From Thermodesulfobacteriota bacterium (GTDB lineage Bacteria > Desulfobacterota_D > UBA1144 > Nemesobacterales > Nemesobacteraceae), in the NCBI GenBank assembly GCA_965202785.1, contig OZ241855.1, positions 832,001 to 896,000 of the forward strand: DNA of 64,000 nt, read 5' to 3'. Both the position numbers and the translations under genes were made by a program. Of this stretch, positions 51,714 through 61,758 are shown piece by piece. The first letter of the stretch is position 1. Every line of letters starts with the position of its first letter. The notes under the pieces were generated by a model that saw only the letters and a list, made by a program, of their open reading frames with translations, had not been told where the DNA came from and searched no databases.

Positions 51714-52721
51714 TTATTCGCGAGAAACTTGGTCTGTTAGCTTATTCTTTTTGGAAACGGTTTTTTTTACCGCCTGCAAGACCGCTTCGTGGATGGTGCC
51801 GTTCGTCGCTAGGACTCCTTTGTTTTCGAGGAGTTTCTTGCCAGTGGAGAAATCAAGCGGCTTACCCGAGGAGTCGGTGACGGTTCCTCCGGCTTCCTTG
51901 ACGATTATGTATCCTGCAGCGTGGTCCCATATATTTTCTTTGTAATCTTTTCGTGGCGGCGGACGAAGGTAAATGGAAGTATCTCCCCTAGCCAAAACCG
52001 CGTATTTACACTGGCTGTCCATTCTTACGGGTTTTGCGCTTATATCGAGAAAGCGGGCGATTTTCCCCGAAAATTCGTAGGATGCAGCGGGGGCTTCAAC
52101 CGATTCACACATAACGGAGTCCGAGGCTTTTTCAACGCTTGATACCGAAATGCGTGTCCGCGGGCTTCCTGAAAGTCCAAACTGGTAGGAACCCTGTCCT
52201 CTCTCCGCGAAAAACATGAATCCTTTTTCCTCACTTGTGCCGTCACTTGCGTCCAGTTCTGGACACCCAAGGATTCCGAGAACTATTTCTCCGTTCTCAA
52301 TGAGCGCGAGTGCGATTGCGTACTGGCGTTTCGCGAGAAATCCCCTTGTTCCGTCAATTGGGTCAAGCGTCCAAAATCTGCCGTGACTTCCGCCCCTATG
52401 GTTTCCCCTGTTGATAGCACGGAAAATCTCGTTCGGGCTTTTTTCGGGCAGGAGTTTCTCAAGATTTCTTCTGAGCGTTTCTCCGCAGCTGCCCTCGAGA
52501 CAAAACGAGGTTTCCTCGGCGACTATTGGAATTTCGGGAAAGGCGGCCGTGAGCTCATCGTTTATTGAAGCCTGCACGAAGAAATCTGCGAGCGTGACTG
52601 GAGAACCGTCTGTTTTGTAAAAGGCTTCGCGGAACTCAGGTTTCCCGCTCATTCGTGCGCAGGCCCTTGCCGCTTTTGTTACTGCGTCAAGACCCGTCTT
52701 TTTTTCAAGTTCAAAGCCCAT
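51714..52721 (-). CDS. 3'(2'),5'-bisphosphate nucleotidase, HAL2/SAL1-like
   Basis: SPVTLADF, WTLDPIDGTRGF, RMDSQCKY, ENIWDHAAG. Confidence 0.9.
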   Translation of the reverse strand: MGFELEKKTGLDAVTKAARACARMSGKPEFREAFYKTDGSPVTLADFFVQASINDELTAAFPEIPIVAEETSFCLEGSCGETLRRNLEKLLPEKSPNEIFRAINRGNHRGGSHGRFWTLDPIDGTRGFLAKRQYAIALALIENGEIVLGILGCPELDASDGTSEEKGFMFFAERGQGSYQFGLSGSPRTRISVSSVEKASDSVMCESVEAPAASYEFSGKIARFLDISAKPVRMDSQCKYAVLARGDTSIYLRPPPRKDYKENIWDHAAGYIIVKEAGGTVTDSSGKPLDFSTGKKLLENKGVLATNGTIHEAVLQAVKKTVSKKNKLTDQVSRE

Positions 52722-52763
52722 TTGTATTGGATTTCGTCTTTAGGACAAAATCGCGGTGGTTTT

Positions 52764-55157
52764 TCAGGTCTTTGCTACGAATGTCGGGCTCTCCGGTGAA
52801 ATTTCAAAACCCACTCCCGCGTGGGAAAGCGCTATTCCGTTTCCGTTTTTAAGCGTGTATCTAGTTTCGGAGTGGCTTAGGTTCACCTCTATTAGATTGC
52901 CCAAGATTGAGATGGAAAAACTAAGTTTCAGCATTTTCTCGGGCAGATTGGGGATGAACTCGGGTCTTTCCCCGGTATTGGCGAGCCCGGCGAATCCGAA
53001 CACGAACATCATCCATGTTCCGCCCATGGAGGCTATGTGACAGCCGTCAACGGTGTTTCGTCCCATGTCTCCCAAATCCATGAAAACCGCGTTTTCCGCG
53101 TATTCCATCGCCTTGTCCATGTGTCCGACCTTGGCGGCAACTATTCCCTGTATGCAGGCTGAAAGCGAAGAGTCTCCCGTCGTGAGAGGGTCGTAGTAAT
53201 CAAAGTTCCGTCTTTCTTCTTCCTGCGAGAACTCCTTTTCAAGGAGGAACATCGCGAGTACGAGATCCGACTGCTTGACTACTTTGTGACGGTAAATGAC
53301 CAGCGGGTGGTAGTGAAGCAGTATGGGATACTTGTCTTCCGGGATGTTTTCAAAATCCCATTTTTCCTTCTCGAGAAAGTAGTTGTCCTGGGGGTGGATC
53401 CCGAGTTCTTCGTTATATGGTATGTACATGTGCTCGGCGGCGTTTTTCCAGGCCTCGATTTCCGAGATGCGGAGGTTGGTTTTGTGGGCGAGGCTTTTAA
53501 AAAGTTCGGGTTCGGTTTCCTCGAGTTTTTCAACCGTGGCTGCAGCGAGTCTCAGGTTCTCGCGGGCCATGAGATTAGTGTAGGTGTTGTTATTTACCAC
53601 GGTGTTGTACTCGTCCGGGCCGGTAACACCGTGTATTTCGAACTTTGCTTCTCCCGAGTTCGAGTAGAATCCGAGATCGCTCCACAGCCTTGCCGTTTCA
53701 ATCAGAATTTCCGTTCCGTACTTGGAGACAAAATCATGATCTCCGGTGACATTAACGTATTTTCTAAGTGCGTAGACTATATCAGCGTTTATATGGTACT
53801 GTGCGGTTCCCGCCGCATAGTAAGCTGAAGCCTCTTCCCCGTTTATGGTTCTCCAGGGAAACATCGCTCCTTTCTGGTTGAGTCTCCTTGCGTATTCCCT
53901 AGCTTTGTCAAGCATGCTGTAGCGAAACTTGAGAAGGCTCTCGGCGATAATGGGCGAAGTGTAGATAAGAAAAGGCATTAAGTATATTTCCATGTCCCAG
54001 AAATAATGGCCGTCGTAGCCCACTCCGGTAAGACCCTTGGACGGGACTCCGGCTCCTTCAACCCTTGCCGACGACTGGTACATCTGGAAAAGGCTGAATC
54101 TTATCGCCTGCTGGAAGGACACTGTCCGCTCATCGCTGTCCATCTCCACGCATATGTCGCTTCTTTCCCAGAATTTGTCGAGATACTTGCGCTGTCCCTC
54201 AAGCAAATCCGAAAATCCGAATTTCTTGGCTCTTTTAAGGCTCCTTCTAGCTCTCTCTCGAAGTTCCTCGTTTGTGTGCGGAGCGGTTCTTGTGGTGTGA
54301 TAGGTCATGTACTTGGTAAGACTTATCGGTTCTCCCTTTTGGGCGTCAACCATGAAAACTACTTTTCCTCGGTCATCTGCCGCCCTGCTTGTATAGGAAA
54401 AATCGCAGTTTGTCTCAAGCGTGTGCTCGATACCCGATGTTATCGTCATCTTGCTGTTTCGGGTTGAGTGGCAGAGAATGACACTCGTGTCCCGCGCTTC
54501 GTTCAGACAAGGTTCAAGAACCCGGTGCTCAAGCCTGCTGGCCCTGCGCGGATCTCCTCCGTTGCCCTGCACCTGCTGTTCTTCGTCCTCTTCCGCATAG
54601 TTTTCGTGGTCAATTATTTCCGAAGATATGATTACGGGGGCTTTGTCGTTGAGGACCGTTACTTCGTAGGATATGGCGGCCAGATGGCGGTGCTCCATGG
54701 AAACCAGCCTTTTCGATCTTATCGATATCTGTTTGCCCGAGAACATTTCCCATATGAGGTTTCTCTCTACCACGCCGTTTCTCATGTCGAGGACCCGCTC
54801 GAAGTGAAGAAGAGTCGCGGTCGGTATGTAAAAGGGCTCGTCGTCCACGTAAAGCTTAATTATCTTCGAGTCCGGAACGTTCACTATGGTCTGTCCCATT
54901 TTCGTGAACCCGAAGGCTTCCTCTCCGTATATAATGGGCCATGTTTCGTAGAAGCCGTTTACTATGGTGAAATTCTGGTAACTCGGGTTTCCCTCTTCAA
55001 AAGCGCCCCGCATTCCTATGTAGCCGTTTGATGTGCAGAAGATGGTTTCCGCAAGGCCGATTAATTCGGGATAAAACTGCTTTTCCGTTATTCTCCACGG
55101 GTCCGGCGGATATATGTGCTGTGCCGCGTATATTCCTCTTTTCTCTCTTCTTATCAT
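52764..55157 (-). CDS. Glycoside hydrolase family 65 (trehalose/maltose/kojibiose phosphorylase)
   Basis: KGLTGVGYDGHYFWD, VTGPDEY, KQSDLVL, GDSSLS. Confidence 0.93.
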   Translation of the reverse strand: MIRREKRGIYAAQHIYPPDPWRITEKQFYPELIGLAETIFCTSNGYIGMRGAFEEGNPSYQNFTIVNGFYETWPIIYGEEAFGFTKMGQTIVNVPDSKIIKLYVDDEPFYIPTATLLHFERVLDMRNGVVERNLIWEMFSGKQISIRSKRLVSMEHRHLAAISYEVTVLNDKAPVIISSEIIDHENYAEEDEEQQVQGNGGDPRRASRLEHRVLEPCLNEARDTSVILCHSTRNSKMTITSGIEHTLETNCDFSYTSRAADDRGKVVFMVDAQKGEPISLTKYMTYHTTRTAPHTNEELRERARRSLKRAKKFGFSDLLEGQRKYLDKFWERSDICVEMDSDERTVSFQQAIRFSLFQMYQSSARVEGAGVPSKGLTGVGYDGHYFWDMEIYLMPFLIYTSPIIAESLLKFRYSMLDKAREYARRLNQKGAMFPWRTINGEEASAYYAAGTAQYHINADIVYALRKYVNVTGDHDFVSKYGTEILIETARLWSDLGFYSNSGEAKFEIHGVTGPDEYNTVVNNNTYTNLMARENLRLAAATVEKLEETEPELFKSLAHKTNLRISEIEAWKNAAEHMYIPYNEELGIHPQDNYFLEKEKWDFENIPEDKYPILLHYHPLVIYRHKVVKQSDLVLAMFLLEKEFSQEEERRNFDYYDPLTTGDSSLSACIQGIVAAKVGHMDKAMEYAENAVFMDLGDMGRNTVDGCHIASMGGTWMMFVFGFAGLANTGERPEFIPNLPEKMLKLSFSISILGNLIEVNLSHSETRYTLKNGNGIALSHAGVGFEISPESPTFVAKT

Positions 55158-55175
55158 CCTTGCACTCCTCGCACT

Positions 55176-55961
55176 CTACTCCCCAAATCCGAACTCCCCC
55201 AGGTCTCTGACGACCATGTCCGCTCCGCTTGAAAAAAGTTCCTCTTCATTTTGCTTTCTGGCTACTCCGATTACCACTCCGAACCCCCCACTCGCTCCCG
55301 CTGCTACTCCTGCCGCCGCATCCTCGATAACGATACTCCTTGCGGGCTTGATTCCAAGAGCCAAGGCGGCTTCAAGGAACGTATCTGGTTCCGGCTTTCC
55401 TCGAAGACCTTTTTCGGCCGCCGTTACCCCGTCCACCGTTACCTCAAAAAGGTCCTCTACTCCCGCGGCCGCCATTACCGCCCGGCAGTTTCTGCTTGAA
55501 GATACGACTGCCAGGCGAAACCCGGATTTCTTAAGATGACGTACCAGCGCGACGGATGTCTGGTAGATTCCAGGCGACTCTTTTTCGAGGGTTTCCGTGA
55601 ACATCTGGTTTTTCCTGTTTCCGAGCCCGAAAACTGATTGCTCTCCCGGAGGGGAGTTTGTATCGCCCTCGGGAAGTTCTATCGCGCGCGAAAGCAGAAA
55701 GCCGCGCACGCCCTCATAGCGGGGTTTGCCGTCGACATACTCAAGGTAATCGTCAGTTTCGTTGAAGGGAACGAAGTTCTCGCCCTTCTTGCTTGCCCAA
55801 GTGCGAAGGAACTCGTCAAATGTCTTTTTCCAGCAGGCCGAGTGAACTTTTTCAGTCGTGGTAATTACTCCGTCAAGATCGAAAAGAACCGCATCGCAGT
55901 TGCTTTTTGAGAAGACGCTTTCTCCGTTTGGAAGTTCTGTCTTAAGGGCCTGCGCTTTCAT
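55176..55961 (-). CDS. Beta-phosphoglucomutase family HAD hydrolase
   Basis: FDLDGVIT, DGKPRY, GKPEPD, IEDA; adjacent to GH65; start uncertain (55961 or 55991). Confidence 0.9.
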   Translation of the reverse strand: MKAQALKTELPNGESVFSKSNCDAVLFDLDGVITTTEKVHSACWKKTFDEFLRTWASKKGENFVPFNETDDYLEYVDGKPRYEGVRGFLLSRAIELPEGDTNSPPGEQSVFGLGNRKNQMFTETLEKESPGIYQTSVALVRHLKKSGFRLAVVSSSRNCRAVMAAAGVEDLFEVTVDGVTAAEKGLRGKPEPDTFLEAALALGIKPARSIVIEDAAAGVAAGASGGFGVVIGVARKQNEEELFSSGADMVVRDLGEFGFGE

Positions 55962-56132
55962 ATCTGTTTTCCGAAGAGGAGTTTCACCCACGGCATTTTT
56001 GATGCGGATTAATTATACAGCATTATTCCCTGCGAAAAACCACACAAAACGCAGCTAGGTCCTTTGGTACTTCTAGAGGGCATTTTGAAATTGAACCCTT
56101 TTTATGATAGTTTGATAATTCCTTTTGAGTTT

Positions 56133-56208
56133 GGCCCCATCGTCTAGGGGTTTAGGACGCAGCCCTCTCAAGGCTGAAACACGGGTTCGAATCCCGTTGG
56201 GGCTACCA
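56133..56208 (+). tRNA. tRNA-Glu (anticodon CTC)
   Basis: Acceptor GGCCCCA/TGGGGCT, anticodon arm CAGCC-CTCTCAA-GGCTG, GTTCGAATC, encoded CCA. Confidence 0.95.
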
Positions 56209-56376
56209 CTTCCACTTTTTTTCGACTGAGTTTTCCATATTTTCCGTGCTTTGCATCAGGGACGGTGAAAAAAGCCATTTGGGAATTGACGCAACTACCC
56301 ATGATGTTTTAAACTAACCCTGAAGTTGCCGGCGCTTGCCGCCTGCACAAACAACAACACATCAAGGAGGGGTAAA

Positions 56377-57147
56377 ATGAAACTTGAAGGTAAATCCGCA
56401 ATAATTACTGGCGGCAGTCTGGGAATAGGGCAGGTCACTGCGCTTCTTTTTGCAAATGAGGGCGCAGATGTTCTTATAACCGGCAGAACTGAAAGCACTC
56501 TTGCAGAAGCTGCGGAACTGGCTAAGGATTCTCCCGGCAGGATAGAGTATCTTGTAAGCGACGTATCAAAGGAGGAGGACTGCGAGCAGGCTGTGGAGCA
56601 CGCCATAAAGCTTTTCGGCAAAATCGACATACTGTTTAACAATGCCGGGGTGCTTCCTCTCGCAAATACTCACGAGACATCTATTGAAGACTGGGACCAG
56701 GTATTTGCCATTAACGTAAGGGGCACCTTCATGATGTCCAAGTTCTCGATTCCACACATGATCGAGCAGGGTGGAGGCACAATAATCAATAATTCCTCCA
56801 TACTTGGAATTAAGGCCATACCGGGTACCGCCGCATATAATTCCACCAAAGGAGCGGTGTCGCAGCTCACAAGAAGCATGGCCCTTGAGTACGGGGCAAA
56901 CGGCATCAGGGTAAACGCCATAAATCCCGGCACTACACTGACTCCGATGGTAGAGGCCTTTCTCGAAGATTCGCCCCCGGAGCTTGATGCGTATCTGAAG
57001 GGACTCCAGCCTATAACCGGGCACTTGGGCCGTTTCGCGACCCCCGAGGAAATAGCGCACGCGGTGCTTTTCCTCTGCGACAGTGAAAACGTGGCGTATA
57101 TGACGGGAGCGGAGCTTTCCGTTGACGGCGGGTGGATAGCTAACTAG
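56377..57147 (+). CDS. Short-chain dehydrogenase/reductase
   Basis: TGGSLGIG, NNAG, YNSTK, VDGG; AGGAGG RBS before ATG 56377. Confidence 0.93.
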   Translation: MKLEGKSAIITGGSLGIGQVTALLFANEGADVLITGRTESTLAEAAELAKDSPGRIEYLVSDVSKEEDCEQAVEHAIKLFGKIDILFNNAGVLPLANTHETSIEDWDQVFAINVRGTFMMSKFSIPHMIEQGGGTIINNSSILGIKAIPGTAAYNSTKGAVSQLTRSMALEYGANGIRVNAINPGTTLTPMVEAFLEDSPPELDAYLKGLQPITGHLGRFATPEEIAHAVLFLCDSENVAYMTGAELSVDGGWIAN

Positions 57148-57178
57148 GGAAGCAGTTTCTGGCCCAGATCCTGTCCTG

Positions 57179-57478
57179 TCAGTCGGTATCTGTATCTGTA
57201 AGGGTTATATCGGCAAGGGGTCCGTACGCGGCGGAGAGGGTTTTTCTTATAAAGGCTTCGGGATCGTCCGTTTCGGCTTCCACGAGGATTTCTCCGCGGT
57301 TCTCAAGAGAGCCCCGAAAATCCCCGGCAGGCGACGGGTTTTCGTTTCCCTCGCATGTTGAGCTGTTCAGGATAAAGAGAACCTCAGGCTTATCCCCGTT
57401 TCTCACCTCGCAGTCTATTGACACTATCCCCTCCGGGACCTCTATGTCGGCTACGTATCTTGAGGTTTGTTCCTGCAT
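57179..57478 (-). CDS. Hypothetical protein
   Basis: Fills the gap directly downstream of ispH on the same strand; no recognised motif. Confidence 0.55.
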   Translation of the reverse strand: MQEQTSRYVADIEVPEGIVSIDCEVRNGDKPEVLFILNSSTCEGNENPSPAGDFRGSLENRGEILVEAETDDPEAFIRKTLSAAYGPLADITLTDTDTD

Positions 57479-57489
57479 TCTCGGTAGAC

Positions 57490-58431
57490 TCAGCTTGTTG
57501 AGAACTCAAGCGAATGTGGAAAGGGGAATTTCGTGGATTCCTCCTTCAAGCTGAACTCTTCAAAGGTGGAGGCTCCCAAATCCTTTAGCTTTGCGAGCAG
57601 CTCTTCGATTATTACCTCGGGAGTTGACGCGCCGGAGCTTATGCCCACGGTCATGTCCCGCTCAAGCGTTTCCACGCCGCCGAGCCCTTCTGTATCCTCA
57701 ATTAGGTAGGCTTTTTTTACGCCGCACGATTTTGCGACTTCAACCAGCCTGTTTGAGTTTGAACTCTCGGGCGATCCCACGATGAAAATGACGTCTGAGA
57801 TCTCGGCGAGTTTTTTTACGGCATCCTGGCGGTTCTGGGTGGCGTAGCAGATATCGAGCTTGGAAGGCTTTGCGATTTTCGGAAAACGCCTTTCAAGCGC
57901 CGCCACTATTTCCTTAGTGTCGTCGACGCTGAGGGTAGTCTGCGTCACGTAGGCTACTTTTTCCGGGTCCGGGACGTTAACCGAGAAGGCCTCGCTTGCC
58001 GATTCCACAACCACGACACTGTCTGGCGCCTCGCCCTTCGTTCCTATGACTTCTACGTGGTCCCTGTGGCCTACGAGTATTATCGTGTACCCCATTTCGG
58101 AGTAGTGCCTTACTTCGTTGTGGACCTTGGTCACGAGCGGACAGACGGCATCCACTATCTGGAAGCCTCGTTTTCTGGCTTCATCGATAACCGCGGGGCT
58201 TACGCCGTGGGCACTGAAGATGACTCGCGCCTCAGGATCGTTGATTTCGTCGAGTTCCTCTACGAAAACGGCGCCTTTTTGCCTTAGAGAATCCACTACC
58301 CTTTTATTGTGCACTATGGCGTGGCGGACGTAGATAGGGGGACCGTACATCTCAAGGGCCATTTCGACTATTTCGATCGCCCTTTCGACTCCGGCGCAGA
58401 ATCCTCTGGGTTTAGCGACTACGACTCGCAT
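57490..58431 (-). CDS. ispH: 4-hydroxy-3-methylbut-2-enyl diphosphate reductase
   Basis: PRGFCAGV, IVHN, SAHG, DAVCPLV, ICYATQNRQ, SSNS; start moved to ATG 58431. Confidence 0.97.
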   Translation of the reverse strand: MRVVVAKPRGFCAGVERAIEIVEMALEMYGPPIYVRHAIVHNKRVVDSLRQKGAVFVEELDEINDPEARVIFSAHGVSPAVIDEARKRGFQIVDAVCPLVTKVHNEVRHYSEMGYTIILVGHRDHVEVIGTKGEAPDSVVVVESASEAFSVNVPDPEKVAYVTQTTLSVDDTKEIVAALERRFPKIAKPSKLDICYATQNRQDAVKKLAEISDVIFIVGSPESSNSNRLVEVAKSCGVKKAYLIEDTEGLGGVETLERDMTVGISSGASTPEVIIEELLAKLKDLGASTFEEFSLKEESTKFPFPHSLEFSTS

Positions 58432-58612
58432 GTCACCGTAGATGATAACGCCGTGACAACGCAGGTCAAGCAAAATGGCTTTCCGGCTAACACGGGAGAG
58501 ATCGGGCTGTAACCACAAGCACGGTGCGCGTTTGCCGGGTATGCTTTATCCCGTTTATTCTCGCCGGAGCGATACAACGGCACACAACACAACACAAAGG
58601 AATTTTCAAGCT

Positions 58613-59353
58613 ATGACCGCCGAGAACAATGGAGAGAACACCCCGCAGAGCTGCGAGAGGCTGATAATAGCCCTTGACTTTGACTCAAGGGAAGAAGCCC
58701 TTGTTCTGGTGAAGCTTCTCGGCGAAAGGATCGGCATCTACAAGGTTGGCTACCAGCTTTTTATGCGTGAGGGCATGAGCTTCGTAAAGGAGCTTGTGAG
58801 ACTTGGAAAGAAGATCTTCCTTGATCTTAAGATGGGAGACATAGACCGAACGATCACGGCCGCGCTTCGGGCGGTGCCGGAGGGAGTGGAATTCGTTACC
58901 ATAAACGGCGGAAAGGCAACGGTGGCTGCTGCAAAGGAAGGCCGCGGCGAAAGAGACCGACCTCTTATTCTCTCCCTTACTTTTCTTTCAAGCCTTAACC
59001 AGGATGATCTTAGGGCGCTTATGATGAACGAAGATCTCGAACTCGATGAATACGTGCGGGTCTTTACGCGAAGGTCGATTGAAGCCGGCTGTGATGGAGT
59101 CGTGGCTTCGGGAGAGTCGATACGTGAAATCAGGCGGGAATTCGGAAGCCGCCTCGTGATAGTCGCTCCCGGAATACGCCCCGAGGGGGAAAGCCGAAAC
59201 GATCACAAAAGAGCGCTCACCCCAAAGATGGCTATTGATTACGGAGCCGATTATCTGGTCGTAGGACGCCCGGTTACCGAGGCAAATAACAGCCTCGGGA
59301 TTGCGGATGCCATAATCAGGGAAGCCAATATGGCTTTTGCCAGTAGGGGCTGA
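58613..59353 (+). CDS. pyrF: Orotidine-5'-phosphate decarboxylase
   Basis: LIIALD, YKVG, FLDLKMGDIDRT, PGIR, LVVGRPV. Confidence 0.88.
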   Translation: MTAENNGENTPQSCERLIIALDFDSREEALVLVKLLGERIGIYKVGYQLFMREGMSFVKELVRLGKKIFLDLKMGDIDRTITAALRAVPEGVEFVTINGGKATVAAAKEGRGERDRPLILSLTFLSSLNQDDLRALMMNEDLELDEYVRVFTRRSIEAGCDGVVASGESIREIRREFGSRLVIVAPGIRPEGESRNDHKRALTPKMAIDYGADYLVVGRPVTEANNSLGIADAIIREANMAFASRG

Positions 59354-60123
59354 TGGCTGAAACTATGTTTCAGCGCCTGCGCCGTTATTACAAAGACAAC
59401 GGGATTCTTTCCACCTCGTTTACCTGTCCGCACAAGAAGCAGTGCAGTGCCGGTTCTCAGAAGTTTACCGGTCCGAAGTCGGCATTTGTAAGCACAGGCT
59501 ATGAGAATAAAAGTTCTGATTTACCCCGACTGCTTTTTTTGTCACTTGATTCCGGCGATGGGGATAAGGACGATAGGAAAAGGCTGCCGGAAGCCCTGCG
59601 GCAGCAGGAAGAAATAGAAAGAGACGTGCTGGCACTGCCACAGCACAAGCACTGGTACAGGACGCATGAACTTGCTTGGTATATATTCAGGCAGTTTGAT
59701 CCTAATATCAGAATTGAAGATGCGAAAGGATATTTTGCACACGCAAATTCCGCCAAGTGTTGCATGAATAAACCGGGAAGGAAACAAGCCGACAAGGTTT
59801 TGTTCAGAAACTGCCGGAAGTATCTGAAGGGTGAACTGGAAATACTTTGTCCCGACGTCATCGTTACGCAGGGTGCCGAGGCTAAAAAAGCCGTTGCGTC
59901 GTTTTACAAACCGCTTAAGTGCATCAATGAGTACGCGTCAATTATAAGTATAAATTCCCGAAAGGTCTTCTGGCTCCACACTCATCATCCAAGCGGCTGG
60001 GGTGCGTTTAACAGGCAGCGCGACTATAGTAAGATCCGAAACCTTGCTTTGGGGTGGGATAAATACTCTTGTATGATCCACGAGTTTATAAAATCGAGTG
60101 AGAAAGAAGAATCCCGAATTTGA
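59353..60123 (+). CDS. Divergent uracil-DNA-glycosylase-fold protein
   Basis: NSAKCC, CRKYLKGELEILCPDVIVTQG, HHPS; TGATG overlap with pyrF. Confidence 0.7.
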   Translation: MAETMFQRLRRYYKDNGILSTSFTCPHKKQCSAGSQKFTGPKSAFVSTGYENKSSDLPRLLFLSLDSGDGDKDDRKRLPEALRQQEEIERDVLALPQHKHWYRTHELAWYIFRQFDPNIRIEDAKGYFAHANSAKCCMNKPGRKQADKVLFRNCRKYLKGELEILCPDVIVTQGAEAKKAVASFYKPLKCINEYASIISINSRKVFWLHTHHPSGWGAFNRQRDYSKIRNLALGWDKYSCMIHEFIKSSEKEESRI

Positions 60124-60153
60124 TTCCGGAAGCTACGGTACTTGCAATACAGC

Positions 60154-60912
60154 TCACGCAATGATTTCCATAAGGTCTTCTGCGGTTATTATCTCCGTTT
60201 CTTCGTTTCCCGAAAGCGTTTTTATTTCCTCTGGAAGATCTTTCCCGTCCATTGAAGGGTAAAGATGCGAGAGGACAATTTTTTTTGGATTGTTTTCCCG
60301 AAGAATTTCCGCTATGTCTGAAGGAGTCATATGAACGGCCATTTTCTCTGAGTCCGGAAGAGCGCATTCCGTAACGAATATGTCCGCATCCGAGGCCACC
60401 TTGCGAAGCCCGGGAAAATAACCCGTGTCTCCCGTGTAAACGATTTTCTTCCCCAGAGCACTTATTACGTATCCGATACTGTTTTCAGTGTGAACGGTTT
60501 TGAATGTCTTTATTTCAAGGCCGCCGATTTTCTGTTTCTTTTTTCCTATCTCATGGATTTTCACGAGCTCGGGTCTTACCCACTCCCTGTAGGGAACCCG
60601 CAGCTTTTCGACAAATTCCGAGAATCCATCCGGCCCCCATATTCCAAGCGTCTTTTCTCTTTTTTTCCCGTATGGATGTCTCGTGGCGAAAAGAAGTGGG
60701 ATCAGGTCTGATGTGTGATCGGGGTGAAAATGGGTTATGAAAACATTGTCGATTCCGAGGTAGTCGACCCCAATTTTTTCGAGTTTCCATACCGTGCCGT
60801 TTCCGCAATCAAAGAGGGACGCGCCGGTATCGGTGCTCAGGAGATATCCGGAGGAACCTCTTTTTTCGTGGGGAACGCATGTTCCCGAACCCAAGACCGT
60901 AAGTTTCACCAT
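60154..60912 (-). CDS. MBL-fold hydrolase, RNase Z/BN-like
   Basis: LTVLGSG, DCGNG, THFHPDH, YTGDT, LSHLYP. Confidence 0.88.
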   Translation of the reverse strand: MVKLTVLGSGTCVPHEKRGSSGYLLSTDTGASLFDCGNGTVWKLEKIGVDYLGIDNVFITHFHPDHTSDLIPLLFATRHPYGKKREKTLGIWGPDGFSEFVEKLRVPYREWVRPELVKIHEIGKKKQKIGGLEIKTFKTVHTENSIGYVISALGKKIVYTGDTGYFPGLRKVASDADIFVTECALPDSEKMAVHMTPSDIAEILRENNPKKIVLSHLYPSMDGKDLPEEIKTLSGNEETEIITAEDLMEIIA

Positions 60913-60967
60913 CTGACTTGATATAATCCTGTCTCCGTTCCATAATCTTACTCGCGGAGCCGTTCAG

Positions 60968-61750
60968 ATGGGAAACATTATAACACTGACAACCGATTTC
61001 GGGTTAAAGGATCATTATGTGGGAGCGATGAAAGGGGTGATGCTTTCCGTAAACGAAAAAGTCCACCCGGTCGATATAACCCACTGCATCGAGTCTCATG
61101 ACGTTCGCGCCGCGTCTTTTGTTATAGGCAATTCGTACCGGTATTTTCCGAAAAAAACCGTGCATCTGGTCGTGGTAGACCCAGGAGTCGGGAGCAGACG
61201 AAAGCCTCTAGCGCTCTTTGCTGACGGTCATTTTTTCGTGGGACCTGATAACGGCGTTTTCAGTTCGGTCATTCGTTCCTGTGAAGATTTCCGTGCCCGC
61301 GAGATAAAAAACCTTGATTATTGTCTAAAAGAGATAAGCTCGACTTTTCACGGAAGGGACATATTCGCCCCGGTAGCGGCGCATCTCTCGCTCGGGGTTC
61401 CGTTCTCGGAAATCGGACCCCAGATCCAGGATCCCGAAACTCTTCCCCGCGACGGGTACTCGGTAACCGGAAATGAGATTCGCGGAACGGTAGTTTACAC
61501 CGACAAATTCGGGAACCTTGTGACCAGCATACCGACTGAGGCCGTTGGCAACGGGGCCGGAGCCTTGGTGACCGTCGGAGGGAAACGGATCGCCGGAATT
61601 TCAGAGTCCTATTCTTCGGCGGAGCTTGGGGAGATTCTCGCCGTTGGAGGAAGCAGCGGATATATCGAGATATCGGTTAACCAAGGCCGGGCGTGTGATG
61701 TCTTCGGCGAAGAACCGCCGGAAGTCATTATCGTTGAGGAGAAGAACTGA
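60968..61750 (+). CDS. SAM hydroxide adenosyltransferase (DUF62 family)
   Basis: ITLTTDFG, VVDPGVGSRR, GPDNG, STFHGRDIF, DKFGN. Confidence 0.92.
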   Translation: MGNIITLTTDFGLKDHYVGAMKGVMLSVNEKVHPVDITHCIESHDVRAASFVIGNSYRYFPKKTVHLVVVDPGVGSRRKPLALFADGHFFVGPDNGVFSSVIRSCEDFRAREIKNLDYCLKEISSTFHGRDIFAPVAAHLSLGVPFSEIGPQIQDPETLPRDGYSVTGNEIRGTVVYTDKFGNLVTSIPTEAVGNGAGALVTVGGKRIAGISESYSSAELGEILAVGGSSGYIEISVNQGRACDVFGEEPPEVIIVEEKN

Positions 61751-61758
61751 GAGGAATT

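Noticed and set aside
60968-61750. SAM-dependent chlorinase or fluorinase
   Set aside because: It carries the Asp/Arg/His residues (DPGVGSRR, TFHGRD) typical of DUF62 SAM hydrolases and has no biosynthetic neighbours.
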